DNA of 64,000 nt from Eledone cirrhosa. Lineage: Eukaryota. Every line of letters begins with the position of its first letter. Within the stretch, counting starts at the first letter, position 1. Below are positions 25,947 to 41,934 of the stretch, piece by piece. The stretch lies in the NCBI GenBank assembly GCA_964016885.1, contig OZ024744.1, positions 113,584,001 to 113,648,000 of the forward strand. The letters run 5' to 3'. The position numbers and the translations under genes are program-made. The notes under the pieces were generated by a model. It was not told the origin of the DNA. It saw only the letters and a list, made by a program, of their open reading frames with translations, and did no database searches.

Positions 25947-26050
25947 CTGTTGGTGATGCAGGACATGGCAGCGATAATGAGGGACAGAGACCGCTGGAGA
26001 GAACTCGTCCATGGATCTCGGGAATTTTACCTGCCTTAGATAGATAGATA
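25947..26050 (+). mobile_element. ~100-bp 3' end of another RTE-like LINE with (TAGA)n tail
   Basis: Encodes ..QDMAAIMRDRDRWRELVHGSREFYLP*, the typical RTE C-terminal DR..WR motif, followed by TAGATAGATAGA. Confidence 0.7.
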
Positions 26051-26872
26051 CAAATATACATATAATACATATATACAAATATAATACATATATACATATA
26101 TATAATATATAATACATATATACATATATATAATATATAATACATATATACATATATATAATATATAATACGTATATATATAATACATAATACATAATAC
26201 GTATATATATAATACATAATACATATATATATATAATACATAATACATATATATATATAATACATATATATAATATAAAATACATATATATATGTACAAT
26301 ATATAATACATATATATATGTACAATATATAATACATATATATATATATAATATATAATACATATATATATATATAATATATAATACATATATATATATA
26401 ATATATAATACATATACTATATATATATATATATATACATATATATAATACATACATATATATAATACATATACTATATATATATATATACATATATATA
26501 ATACATATACTATATATATATATATATATACATATATATAATACATATACTATATATATATATATATATACATATATATAATACATATACTATATATATA
26601 TATATATATACATATATATAATACATATACTATATATATATATATACATACATATATATAATACATATACTATATATATATATACATATATATAATACAT
26701 ATACTATATATATATATATATATACATATATATAATACATATACTATATATATATATATACATATATATAATACATATACTATATATATATATATATATA
26801 TACATATATATAATACATATATATAATACATATACTATATATATATATATATATACATATATATAATACATA

Positions 26873-26906
<34 letters not shown>

Positions 26907-26983
26907 CATTTATATAATACATATACTATATATATATATATAATACATATACTATATATATATATATATATATATACATATAC

Positions 26984-27015
<32 letters not shown>

Positions 27016-27921
27016 TATAATACATATACTATATATATATATAATACATATACTATATATATATATATATATATAATACATATACTATATATATATATAT
27101 ATATATATAATACATATATATAATACATATACTATATATACATATATATACATATACTATATATATATATAATACATATACTATATATATATATATATAA
27201 TACATATACTATATATATATATATATAATACATATACTATATATATATATATATAATACATATATATAATACATATACTATATATATATATATTTAATAC
27301 ATATATATAATACATATACTATATATATATATATATATAATACATATATATAATACATATACTATATATATATATATATAATACATATATATAATACATA
27401 TACTATATATATATATATATAATACATATATATAATACATATACTATATATATATATATATAATACATATATATAATACATATACTATATATATATATAT
27501 ATATATAATACATATATATAATACATATACTATATATATATATATATACACATATATACATATATATAATACACATATATACATATATATAATACACATA
27601 TATACATATATATAATACACATATATACATATATATAATACACATATATACATATATATAATACATAATACATATATATAATACATAATACATATACTAT
27701 ATATATATATATATATACATATAATATATAATATATAATACATATATATATATATACATAATACATATATATATATATATACATAATACATATATATATA
27801 TATATACATAATACATATACTATATATATATATATATATATACATATAATATATAATATATAATACATATATATATATATACATATAATATATAATACAT
27901 ATACTATATATATATATATAT

Positions 27922-29115
27922 ACATGGAAGCAGGGACTAGAGAGAAAGGGCCTCAAAGTCAACATGACAAAGACTAAGGTCCTTATAAGTAGACGAGAAA
28001 ACAGAACCCAGATCCCCTCAGGGAAATGGCCTTGCTCAGTATGTAGGAAAGGTGTAGGTAGGAACTCCATTCTTTGCCCCAAATGCAAACAATGGGTACA
28101 CAAGAGATGTAGCGGGATCTCAGGAAGCTTAATTAAGAATGTAGGATTCACATGCAGCAGCTGTGCTGAAACAGCAAGCAAACAGCCACAGGAAACAAGT
28201 ACCACCAATCTCTGGGAGGGCCCTGTAGAAACAGTAGACAGCTTCTGCTACCTAGGTGACCGAATTAGCAACGGAGGTGGGTGCTCAGAAAGTACAATAA
28301 CTAGGGTAAGAACGGGATGGAAGAAGTTTAGGGAACTACTACCACTGCTAGCTGCAAAAGGCTTCTCCCTCAGAATGAAAGGCAGACTGTATGATGCGTG
28401 TATCCGAACAGCGATGTTGCATGGTAGTGAGACCTGGGCGCTGAAGGTGGAAGACTTACGTAGATTAGAGAGAGACGAAGCCTGCATGCTCCGATGGATG
28501 TGTAACAGTAATATACGTGAACGACAAAGCATAAATGAATTGAGAGAGAGACTGAGCATAAGAGGAATCAAATGCTGCGTGCAGGAGAGGCGGTTACGCT
28601 GGTATGGACATGTGATGCGTATGAAGGATGACAGCTGCATAAAAAGGTGCAGAGCACTAGAAGTTGATGGAAACCGCGGAGTGGGGAGACCCAAGATGAC
28701 TTGGGATGAGGTGATAAAAGCCGACCTTACCCAACTACACCTCTCAAAGTCAATGACACACGACCGTGACTTCTGGCGTCACGCAGTAATACAGGGTACC
28801 CGACCTCCCATGGGTACATGCTGAAGCATATAAACAATATGCCCCCCCCCCCCCACCGCAAGGTGGTCGTGGAGGTGCCACGGCAAAAAAGCACCCAGCC
28901 CACACTGTAAAGTGGACGTGTAGGCGCCACGAAAAAGCACCCAGCACTCACTGTAAATGAGGTTGGTGTTAGGAAGGGCATCCAGCTGTAGAAATCAAGC
29001 CAGATCAGTTCCTGTATGAGCAAGGCATGGTCAGCCGACCAGACACTGCCCACAACAGGACAACCCGTCTAACCCATGCTAGCGTGGAAGAACGGACGTA
29101 AAACGGTGATGATGA
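27922..29115 (+). mobile_element. RTE LINE family C, 5'-truncated (ORF to 28824, 3' UTR, (GAT)n)
   Basis: KWPCSVCRKGVGRNSILCPKCKQWVHKRC..C..C, RRLRWYGHVMRM, GRPKMTW; UTR module with GGAAGGGCATCCAGCTG. Confidence 0.93.
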
Positions 29116-30165
29116 CATATAATATATAATACATATAATATATAATACATATACTATATAATACATACATATAATATATAATACATATAATATATAATAC
29201 ATATACTATATAATACATATACTATATAATACATATACTATATAATACATATACTATATAATACATATACTATGTAATACATATACTATATAATACATAT
29301 GCTATATAATACATATACTATATAATACATATACTATATAATACATATACTATATATATACATATAATATATAATACATATACTATATATATACATATAC
29401 TATATAATACATATACTATATATATACATATAATATATAATACATATACTATATATATACATATAATATATAATACATATACTATATATATACATATAAT
29501 ATATAATACATATACTATATATATACATATAATATATAATACATATAATATATAATACATATACTATATATAATACATATAATATATAATACATATAATA
29601 TATAATACATATAATATATAATACATATACTATATAATACATATAATATATAATACATATACTATATAATACATATAATATATAATACATATACTATATA
29701 ATACATATACTATATATATATATATACATATAATATATAATATAATACATATATATAATATATAATACATATATATAATACATAATACATAATACATATA
29801 TATAATATATAATACATAATACATATATATAATATATATTACATATATATAATATATATTACATATATATAATATATATTACATATATATAATATATATT
29901 ACATATATATAATATATATTACATATATATAATATATATTACATATATATAATATATATTACATATATATAATATATATTACATATATATAATATATATT
30001 ACATATATATAATATATAATACATATATATAATATATAATACATATACTATATATATATACATATAATACATATATACATATATATATATATAATACATA
30101 TAATACATATATACATATATATATATATAATACATATAATACATATATACATATATATATATATA

Positions 30166-30235
<70 letters not shown>

Positions 30236-30293
30236 ATACATATATACATATAATACATATATACATATATATACAATACATATATATATATAC

Positions 30294-30324
<31 letters not shown>

Positions 30325-31179
30325 ATACAAATATATACAATACATATATATATACAATACATATATACACAATACAAATATATATATATACATATATATA
30401 TACAATACATATATATACAATACATATATACACAATACATATATACACAATACATTTATATATATATATATATAATACATATAATATATAATACATATAT
30501 ATACATATAATATATAATACATATTGATACATATAATATATATACATATAATATATAATACATATACATATAATATATAATACATATATATACATATAAT
30601 ATATAATACATATATATATACATATAATATATAATACATATATATATACATATAATATATAATACATATATATATACATATAATATATAATACATATATA
30701 TATACATATAATATATAATACATATATATATACATATAATACATATATATATACATATAATATATATACATATAATATATAATACATATATATATACATA
30801 TAACACATAATACATATAACATAATACATATACTATATATACATATAACATATAATACATATACTATATATACATATAACATAATACATATACTATATAT
30901 ACATATAACATAATACATATACTATATATACATATAACATAATACATATACTATATATATATATACATACATATAATATGTATATATATATATACATATA
31001 ATATGTATATATATATACATATAATATGTATATATATATACATATATATACATAATATGTATATATATATACGTATATATACATATAATATGTATATATA
31101 CGTATATATACATATAATATGTATATATATACATATATATACATATGTATATATATACATATATATACATATGGCACAT

Positions 31180-31519
31180 GGAGGCACATGGCTTAGTGGT
31201 TAGAGCATTGGCTTTGCAATCGAAAGGTTGTGAGTTCAATTCTCAAACCGGGTGATGTGTTGTTTCCTTGAGCAAGACACTTTATTTCACATTGCTCCAG
31301 TTTACTCAGCTGTAGAAATGAGATGATAGGGACTGGGGTCCCTATCATTCCACTGCAAAGTGGTCGTGGAGGTGCCACGGCAAAAAAGTACCCAGCACTC
31401 ACTGTAAATGAGGTTGGTGTTAGGAAGGGCATCCAGCTGTAGAAATCAAGCCAGAATTAGTTCCCGTCACACCCTTGCAAGCAGGGAAAAAGCGGACATG
31501 AAATGATGATGATGATGAT
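31180..31519 (+). mobile_element. Composite tRNA-derived SINE with V/Meta-like core and RTE-type tail
   Basis: TGGCTTAGTGGTTAGAG (A box), GAGTTCAATTC (B box), TCCTTGAGCAAGACACTT core, hairpin GATAGGACTGGGGTCCCTATC, UTR module shared with RTE-C, A-type end and (GAT)n. Confidence 0.88.
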
Positions 31520-32024
31520 ATATAATATGTATATATATGTACATATATATACATATACTATGTATATATACATATAATATATAATACATATACTATATAT
31601 ATATACATATAATATATAATACATATACTATATATATATACATATAATATATAATACATACACTATATATATGTACATACAATATATAATACATATACTA
31701 TATATATATACATATAATATATAATACATATACTATATATATATACATACAATATATAATCCATATACTATATATATATACATACAATATATAATACATA
31801 TACTATATATATATACATATAATATATATATATACATACAATATATAATACTATATATATACATATAATATATAATACATATACTATATATATATACATA
31901 TAATATATAATACATATACTATAATATATAATACATATACTATAATATATAATACATATACTATAATATATAATACATATACTATAATATATAATACATA
32001 TACTATAATATATAATACATATAC

Positions 32025-32066
<42 letters not shown>

Positions 32067-32082
32067 TAATATATAATACATA

Positions 32083-32117
<35 letters not shown>

Positions 32118-34072
32118 CATATAATATATAATAAATATACTATATATATATATATACACATAATATATATATACATATAATACATATATAATACATATAA
32201 TATATATATAATACATATAATATATATATAATATATATAATACATATAATATATATATAATACATATAATATATATATAATATATATAATACATATAATA
32301 TATATATAATATATATAATACATATAATATATATAATACATATATATATATAATACATATAATATATATATAATACATATAATATATATATAATATATAT
32401 AATATATATATAATACATATAATATATATATAATATATATAATACATATAATATATATATAATACATATAATATATATATAATACATATAATATATATAT
32501 AATACATATAATATATATATAATATATATAATATATATATAATACATATAATATATATATAATATATATAATACATATAATATATATATAATACATATAA
32601 TATATATATAATACATATAATATATATATAATACATATAATATATATAATACATATAATATATATATAATACATATAATATATATTTTAATACATATAAT
32701 ATATATATAATACATATAATATATATATAATACATATAATATATATATATAATAAATATACTATATATATATATATATATACACATAATATATATATACA
32801 TATAATACATATATAATACATATAATATATATATAATACATATAATATATATATAATACATATAATATATATATAATAAATATACTATATATATATATAT
32901 ATATACACATAATATATATATACATATAATACATATATAATACATATAATACATATATAATACATATAATATATATATAATACATATAATATATATATAA
33001 TACATATAATATATATATAATATATATAATATATATATAATACATATAATATATATATAATATATATAATACATATAATATATATATAATACATATAATA
33101 TATATAATACATATAATATATATATAATACATATAATATATATATAATACATATAATATATATATATAATAAATATACTATATATATATATATATATACA
33201 CAATATATATATACATATAATACATATAATATATATATAATACATATAATATATATATAATACATATAATATATATATAATACATATAATATATATATAA
33301 TATATATAATATATATATAATATATATAATACATATAATATATATATAATACATATAATATATATATAATACATATAATATATATATAATATATATAATA
33401 CATATAATATATATATAATACATATAATATATATATAATATATATAATACATATAATATATATATAATATATATAATACATATAATATATATATAATACA
33501 TATAATATATATATAATACATATAATATATATATAATATATATAATACATATAATATATATATAATACATATAATATATATATAATACATATAATATATA
33601 TATAATACATATAATATATATATAATATATATAATATATATATAATATATATAATATATATATAATATATATAATACATATAATATATATATAATACATA
33701 TAATATATATATAATACATATAATATATATATAATATATATAATACATATAATATATATATAATACATATAATATATATATAATACATATAATATATATA
33801 TAATATATATAATATATATATAATATATATAATATATATATAATATATATAATGCATATAATATATATATAATACATATAATATATATATAATACATATA
33901 ATATATATATAATATATATAATACATATAATATATATATAATACATATAATATATATATAATATATATAATACATATAATATATATATAATACATATAAT
34001 ATATATATAATACATATAATATATATATAATACATATACATATATATATATAATACATATACATATATACAT

Positions 34073-34265
34073 GAAGGCGTGTGGCTGAGTGATTAGAGAA
34101 TTGGATTCGCAATCGTAAGGTTGTGAGTTTGATTCCTTGAGCAAGACACTTTATTTCACGTTGCTCCTCCTACCCGGAGTTGCGACCGATAGATAGTACT
34201 AACAATTGGAAAGACCAACGGAAACATTGTTCCCTCGGTCCAATTTGACGAAAGTCGATCGTTCC
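34073..34265 (+). mobile_element. tRNA-derived SINE family S2 (short internal deletion)
   Basis: TGGCTGAGTGATTAGAG A box, CCTTGAGCAAGACACTT core, terminal GACGAAAGTC hairpin; same family as 50266-50481. Confidence 0.85.
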
Positions 34266-34296
34266 TTTTTATACATATACATATATATATATACAT

Positions 34297-34906
34297 ATGG
34301 TGGCTGCCAACTCGTTTTAGAGTACGGCCACTACTTTATATCCATGTAGGAAAACCCCTACCGATGTGCTGAAAGAGTGTGACTTTTTATTCCAGCCAGC
34401 GACTTGAAAACTCTGGTACAAACACTACACTTGTGACAATTATTGACACATAGTGCTGGGATCATGGTACTATGTAACGACAAGTGCAGAGAGATCTCCA
34501 GATATAAAGCAATGCCTGTGCCGTGAAGCTTTTATAGTGAGCAAGGGCACTGCACAAAGCCAGTCCCACACTCTTAACCAAGATGATATTTACCAAAAAG
34601 AAGAACAAGTCAACATCATTGGATACCATCAGGGTTGCAGGTGTTATATCAGAGTTTTCCTTCTCCTAGAATTCTGCCTTGACAAAGGCTAAGGGGTCAT
34701 CTATCCCGGTGATTTTGGATGGCCATTGACTCTTAAGAGCTCCTTTGCCCTTTGACAGGTTTTGTTTTTAGTCCTGCAGGATGTCCAAAGTCACCCTCCT
34801 CACCAAGAAACCTTGGTGGGGTTGCCAGTTTAGTCGCCAACGACCCGACCATGGTACAGTTTGTACTGGGATACATGTTACCAGTAGCACCAACTGGTGA
34901 CCTGAC
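34297..34906 (-). mobile_element. Non-autonomous RTE-derived element N1, longest copy
   Basis: Near-identical to 55018-55589; contains TCTAGGAGAAGGAAAACTCTGA, an RTE-type 5'-UTR motif; no credible ORF. Confidence 0.8.
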
Positions 34907-35440
34907 ATGCATATATATATATATATATACATACATATATATATACATGCATATATATACATACATATATATACATATATATACATATATATACATATAT
35001 ACACATATATACACATATATACACATATATATACATATATATACATATATATACATATATACACATATATACACATATATACACATATATACACATATCT
35101 ATATACATACATACACATATCTATATACATACATATATATACACACATATATATACATATCTATATACATACATATATATACATATATATATATACATAT
35201 ATATACACATATATCTACATATATATATACACATATATATACACATATATACACACATATATATACACATATATACACATATATACACATATATATACAC
35301 ATAGATACATACACATATATACATACACATATATACATACACATATATACATACACATATATACATACACATATATACATACACATATATACATACACAT
35401 ATATACATACACATATATACATACACATATATACATACAC

Positions 35441-35491
<51 letters not shown>

Positions 35492-35661
35492 CACATATAT
35501 ACATATATATATACACATATATACATATATATATACACATATATACACATATATATACAGATATATACACATATATATACAGATATATACACATATATAT
35601 ACAGATATATACATATATATACACATATATACATATATATACACATATATACACATATAGA

Positions 35662-38278
35662 TAGTTACACTAGGGTACATGGTGGGCATGGTTACGGCTC
35701 AAGAAATGAAGAAGGAGTGAGACTTCTTGAATTTTGTGATGCAAGTACATTGACTACTTGCATCACAAACTTCCAGAAACCTGCCAATCACCTAATAACC
35801 TACAAATCTGGTGAGCACATAAGCCAGATTTACTTCCTGCTAGTTAGGCAGCGGGACAGGCAGATAGTGTCTAATACCAAGGCATACCCTGGGGAAGAAT
35901 GTACCCCACAGCATAGGTTAGTTGTTAGTGATATCTCAGTAAGCAAGAGATGGAATGAGACATATAGGAAGGTGTGGAGAAGAAAGGTCTGGAAGCTAAA
36001 AGACCTTTCACTAAAATACAAATTTAGAAAAGGCCTTCAAGATGTATATGACGAAAAATAAGACAATTTAGAGACGTATGACATAGATAACTAGAATTTC
36101 TTACATGACAACTTGCTGCAGGCTACTGATGAAACTTGTGGCTGGAGCAGAGCTCCAACCAGACAGAGAGTGACCTGGTGGTGGCACAGCACAGTAGATA
36201 AGGCCATTAGAGACAAAAGACTAGCATGGAAGGCTTGGAAAAAGGGTGGGAGTAGGGAAGGATATACAGCCGCTAAGAGAGAAGCTAGACGTCAGGTGTA
36301 CTTAGCATGCAGGGAGGCAGAGAGTAGGAGGTTTGCCAATGTTCTGCGACGGGAAGATCAGAGGCGTGCGGTGTTCCACTTTGAAAGGCAGTGTGTCAAT
36401 GAAAATCAGGATGTTGTTGGAGATAAATGTGTCCAGGATGATGCCGGTGTACTTAGTGTCACGAATGATCAGAAAAAGGAGGCCTGGAAATGTCATTATG
36501 AGAGACTGATGAATGTGGAGAACAAATGGGAGAGAGAGAAATTACCCTCAGTAGTTCCGACAGAGGGACCAGCTATTGAGATTGACAAATATAGGGTCTA
36601 AGAGGCGATTAGGGAAATGAAAAATGGTAAGGCTGCTGGACCATCGGCAATAGTTGCTGAGATGCTGAATGCATCAGGGGACGTAGGCACTAAACTGGTT
36701 GCACGCATCATCAATCAGGCTATATATGGTGGTGTCATACCCAAAGACTGGTGCAGCAGTATTCTCATAAGTTGCTACAAAGGTAAAGGGGATGCTCTAG
36801 AGAGGAGCAATTATAGGGGTATAAAACTGATAGATCAGGTTATGAAAGTGGCAGAAAGGATATTAGCACAACTAATTAGAGAATGGGTCAAACTAGATGA
36901 GATGCAGTTTGGTTTTGTGCCTGGGAAGAGTACAACAGATGCCCTCTTCTTGGTGAGACAAGTGCAAGAGAGGTTCTTAGAGAAAAATAAGCCACTATAC
37001 TTAGCTTTTGTTGACCTAGAGAAGGCCTTTGATAGGGTACCCCGATCTGTCATCTGGTGGTCCCTAAGGAAGCTCGGTGTTGAGGAATGGCTTGTGAGGA
37101 CAGTGCAAATTTTGTACAGAGGTACTGTCAGTAAAGTCAGGGTAGGAATGGAGTTTAGTGAGGAATTCCAGATACAAGTAGGAGTACATCAGGGTTCGGT
37201 CCTCAGCCCGCTCTTGTTCATTTTAGTCCTCCAAGCCATAACAGAGGAGTTTAAGACTGGCTGTCCATGGGAACTTCTCTATGCTGACGATCTGGTTCTT
37301 GTAGCAGAATAAGTAGAGGAGCTAGAGAATAAATTCTGGCTATGGAAACAGCAGTTGGAAGCAAGAGGACTGTGAGTGAACCTAGCTAAGACAAAAGTGT
37401 TGATGAGTAGAAAAGAGGACAAAACCCTGATTCCGTCAGGGAAATGGCCATGTTCGATATGCAGAAAAGGAACTGGCATAAATTCTATAAAATGCACACA
37501 ATGTAGGTCCTGGGTACACAAGAGATGTAGCAGGATAGCAGGCAAACTAACAGGTAGGGAGAAATAGGTATGCAGTAGATGTACAGGGAAATTAGACAGT
37601 AGAAGTCGCATTGATAGACGCATTTTTCAAATGCAGGAGGGCGCTATAGAAGTGGTGGATAGCTTCCGGTACCTAGGAGATCAGATTAGCATGGGAGGGG
37701 GGGGGGTTTCCGAGGCCATAGTATCTAGAATAAGGACGGGTTGGAAGAAGTTTAGGGAGCTGCTTCCTCTGTTGACGAAGAAGGGTTTCTCCCTGCGTAT
37801 GAAAGGCCGGTTGTATGATGCCTGTGTGAGGAGCGCGATGATGCATGGTAGTGAGCCATGGGCAGCAACTGCAGAGGATATGCGACGGCTGGAGAGAAAT
37901 GAGGCAAGCATGCTCCGTTGGATGTGCAGTGTAAATGTGCGTGAACGACCCAGCATAAATGTGTTGAGAGAGAAACTGTGTCTGAGAGGGATAGAATGTA
38001 GTGTACGGGAGAGGAGACTGAGGTGGTATGGACATGTGATGCGCATGGAGGATGACCGATGGGTGAAGAAGTGCCAGGAAATGCCAGTTGAAGGAAGACG
38101 TTGTAGAGGTAGACCACGGAAAACATGGGCGGAGGTGGTGAGAACAGACCTCAGATCATTGAAGCTCACGGTGGAGATGACGAGGGACCGTGACGAGTGG
38201 AGAGATGCTGTGCTGAATAAGACCCGTCCCACCCTTGCAAGCAGGGATCAGTGGACGTAATATGATGATGATGATGAT
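35662..38278 (+). mobile_element. RTE LINE family A, 5'-truncated, several nonsense mutations
   Basis: Close paralogue of 7433-9881; in-frame stops at ~36059, 36599, 37310 and 37565; (GAT)n tail. Confidence 0.95.
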
Positions 38279-38908
38279 ATATACATATACACACAAATAT
38301 ATATACATAATTATACATACACATATATATATACATACGTATATATACATACACATATATATATATACATATATATACATACACATATATATATACATAT
38401 ATATACATATACATATATACATATATATACATACACATATATATATACATACACATATATATATACATACGTATATATACATACACATATATATATATAC
38501 ATATATATACATACACATATATATATATACATATATATACATACACATATATATATACATATATATACATATACATATATATATATACATATATATACAT
38601 ACACATATATATATACATACACATATATATATACATATATACATACATATATATACATACACATATATATATACATATGTATACATACACATATATATAC
38701 ATACACATATATACATACATACACATATATACATACACATATATATATACATACACATATATATATACATACACATATATATATACATACACATATATAT
38801 ATACATACACAAATATATATACACATATATAGATACATATATACACATATATATATATACACATATATACATATATACACACACACATATATATACATAT
38901 ATACACAC

Positions 38909-38947
<39 letters not shown>

Positions 38948-39574
38948 CATAAATATATATACACATATATATATACATATATACACACACACATATATAT
39001 ATACATATATGCACACACACATATATATATATACATATATATATATATACACATATATATATATACACATATATATATACATATACACATATATATATAC
39101 ACACATATATATATACATATACACACATATATATATATACAAACATATATATATATATATACAAACATATATATACAAACATATATATATATATATACAA
39201 ACATATATATATATACACACATATATATATACACATATATATATATACACATATATATATACACACACACACATATACATATATATATACACATATATAT
39301 ATACACACATATATATATATACACATTTACATATATATACACATATATATATACACACATATATATACACACATATATATACACATATATATACACATAT
39401 ATATACACATATATATACACACATATATATATACACATATATATATACACATATATATATACACACATATATACACACATATATATACACACATATATAC
39501 ACACATATATACACACATATATATATACACACATATATATATATACACATATATATATATACACACATATATAC

Positions 39575-40578
39575 ACCCCCCCCTCCCCTAGTCTTTGATA
39601 GATTTGGCGGACTCCGCCCTTTATAGCAGCTGGCTTAGACCCCGGATACTTTCCCCCTTTTTCCGACCGCTCCCACTATTCTCTGTGCCCTCTATATTTC
39701 TTAGTGGCACATGCCTTATTTTTTCGTTTCAGTATTTCTTGCTTCGCTTTTCTTCTGGGCGGGGTGGATTCTGAATTTATTTCTCCGTATTCTACCTTTA
39801 TTTCGTACGAACTTTCATGTAGCTTGTTTTAGATCTTTTAGAGTTAGCATTAGTATATATTTTTCTCGGGACTCAGAATTATTATCTCGTACAAGTTCAC
39901 TTTGCTGCACTGGGTCGTTGCTGGCCCGGGATGGAAACCTTTATTGTTTATTTCGTGGTAGTCTCTTTAGTATTTTGGCCCCTTTTGTTGACCCGTCACC
40001 GTATCATTTACGTACTTATACCTCTTAAAAGGGTCCTTGCCTTATCCGTCCCACCTAGTTCTCTTACTTATTTCCTTATTTATTCATTTATTTATTTTTT
40101 TACTTCTTTCTTTCTTTCTTTATTTTATTCTCGCCTAACAATAGCCTGACACCTAGGTCGTAGAATTTAATTTACTTTACTTTTCTTTACACTTATTTGC
40201 CTTTCTTCACTCTCAGTATTTTTTTTTTTTCTTTCCTATTTCTACCCCCCATTGTTCTACCTACCGTTCCGACTTCCTCCCCCTCCCCCTCCCCTGTATC
40301 TTCTTTGACCTCATGCCCAGCTGTAGCTGGCACTACCAACGCTTGATTGGGTCTACTCCACCCCCTCCCCTCTTTCTCCTACTGGCAGGTTTAGCCACCA
40401 TCTCCCCTACTAATTTGCAACCACAGAATTACTACTGATTTTTGACAATCACTTTGACCATATATGGAATTACCCCTTGAGAAGATCGGCTATTTAAATA
40501 CCAGGATAAATTTTCATTTAGTCCAGAATTAGCCGTCGAAACGGCTTGAGCTCAGCTGTCGGGGTCTTACTGGTTCCT
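39575..40578 (+). mobile_element. Non-coding ~1-kb insertion ending in a hammerhead (probable Penelope-like terminal repeat or retrozyme-like unit)
   Basis: Unique pyrimidine-rich sequence flanked by microsatellite on both sides; hammerhead 13 nt from its right end; no recognisable protein. Confidence 0.6.
40472..40565 (+). ncRNA. Type I hammerhead ribozyme, U3-A8 core variant
   Basis: ACCCC-TTGAGAA-GA(T)CGGCTA..TAGCCGTC-GAAA-CGGC(TTGAGCTCA)GCTG-TC-GGGGT; all three stems form; GUC triplet at 40558-40560. Confidence 0.82.
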
Positions 40579-40960
40579 ATATATACACATATATATATAC
40601 ACACATATATATATATACACATATATATATACACATATATATATACACACATATATATATACACACATATATATATACACACATATATATATATACACAT
40701 ATATATATATACACATATATATATATACACATATATATATACACATATATATATACACATATATATATACACATATATATATATACACATATATATATAC
40801 ACATATATATATATACATATATATATACACATATATATATATACACATATATATATACACATATATATATATACACATATATATATACACATATATATAT
40901 ACACATATATATATACACATATATATATACACATATATATATACACATATATATATATAC

Positions 40961-41000
<40 letters not shown>

Positions 41001-41116
41001 ATATATACATATATATATATACATATATATATACATATATATATACACATATATATATACACATATATATATACACATATATATATACACATATATATAT
41101 ATACATATATATATAC

Positions 41117-41147
<31 letters not shown>

Positions 41148-41775
41148 CATATATATATACATATATATATACATATATATATACATATATATATACATAT
41201 ATATATACACATATATATATACACATATATATATACACATATATATATACACATATATATATACACATATATATATATACATATATATATACATATATAT
41301 ATATATATACATATATATATACATATATATATATATATACATATATATATACACATATATACATATACACATATATATATATATACATATATATATACAC
41401 ATATATATATATACATATATATATACACATATATATATACACATATATATATATACATATATATATACACATATATATATATACATATATATACATATAT
41501 ATATACACATATATATATATACATATATATATACACATATATATATACACATATATATATATACATATATATATACACATATATATATATACATATATAT
41601 ATACACATATATATATATACATACATATATATATATATACATATATATATATACATATACACATATATACATACACATATATATATATACATATATATAA
41701 ATGAGAGGTATAGAGATTGTTTTAGCAAGAAGCTAACGGCATTCTATACATATATACATATACATATATACACAA

Positions 41776-41806
<31 letters not shown>

Positions 41807-41819
41807 CATATATACACAA

Positions 41820-41850
<31 letters not shown>

Positions 41851-41934
41851 CATACATATATATATACATATATATATATATACATATATACACATATATA
41901 TATATACATACATATATATATACATATATATATA

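Noticed and set aside
31180-31250. tRNA genes (also 34073, 50410-50481, 22310-22388, 15275-15335)
   Set aside because: A/B boxes are present but run into SINE cores with no proper acceptor stem; these are SINE heads.
34453-34692. 79-aa ORF conserved at 55175-55414
   Set aside because: Antisense to a young non-autonomous repeat; conservation reflects copy identity, and there is no known domain.
39600-39660. Twister-like ribozyme
   Set aside because: Only superficial similarity (CCGGGGTCTAAGCC on the minus strand); the required pseudoknot pairings could not be built.
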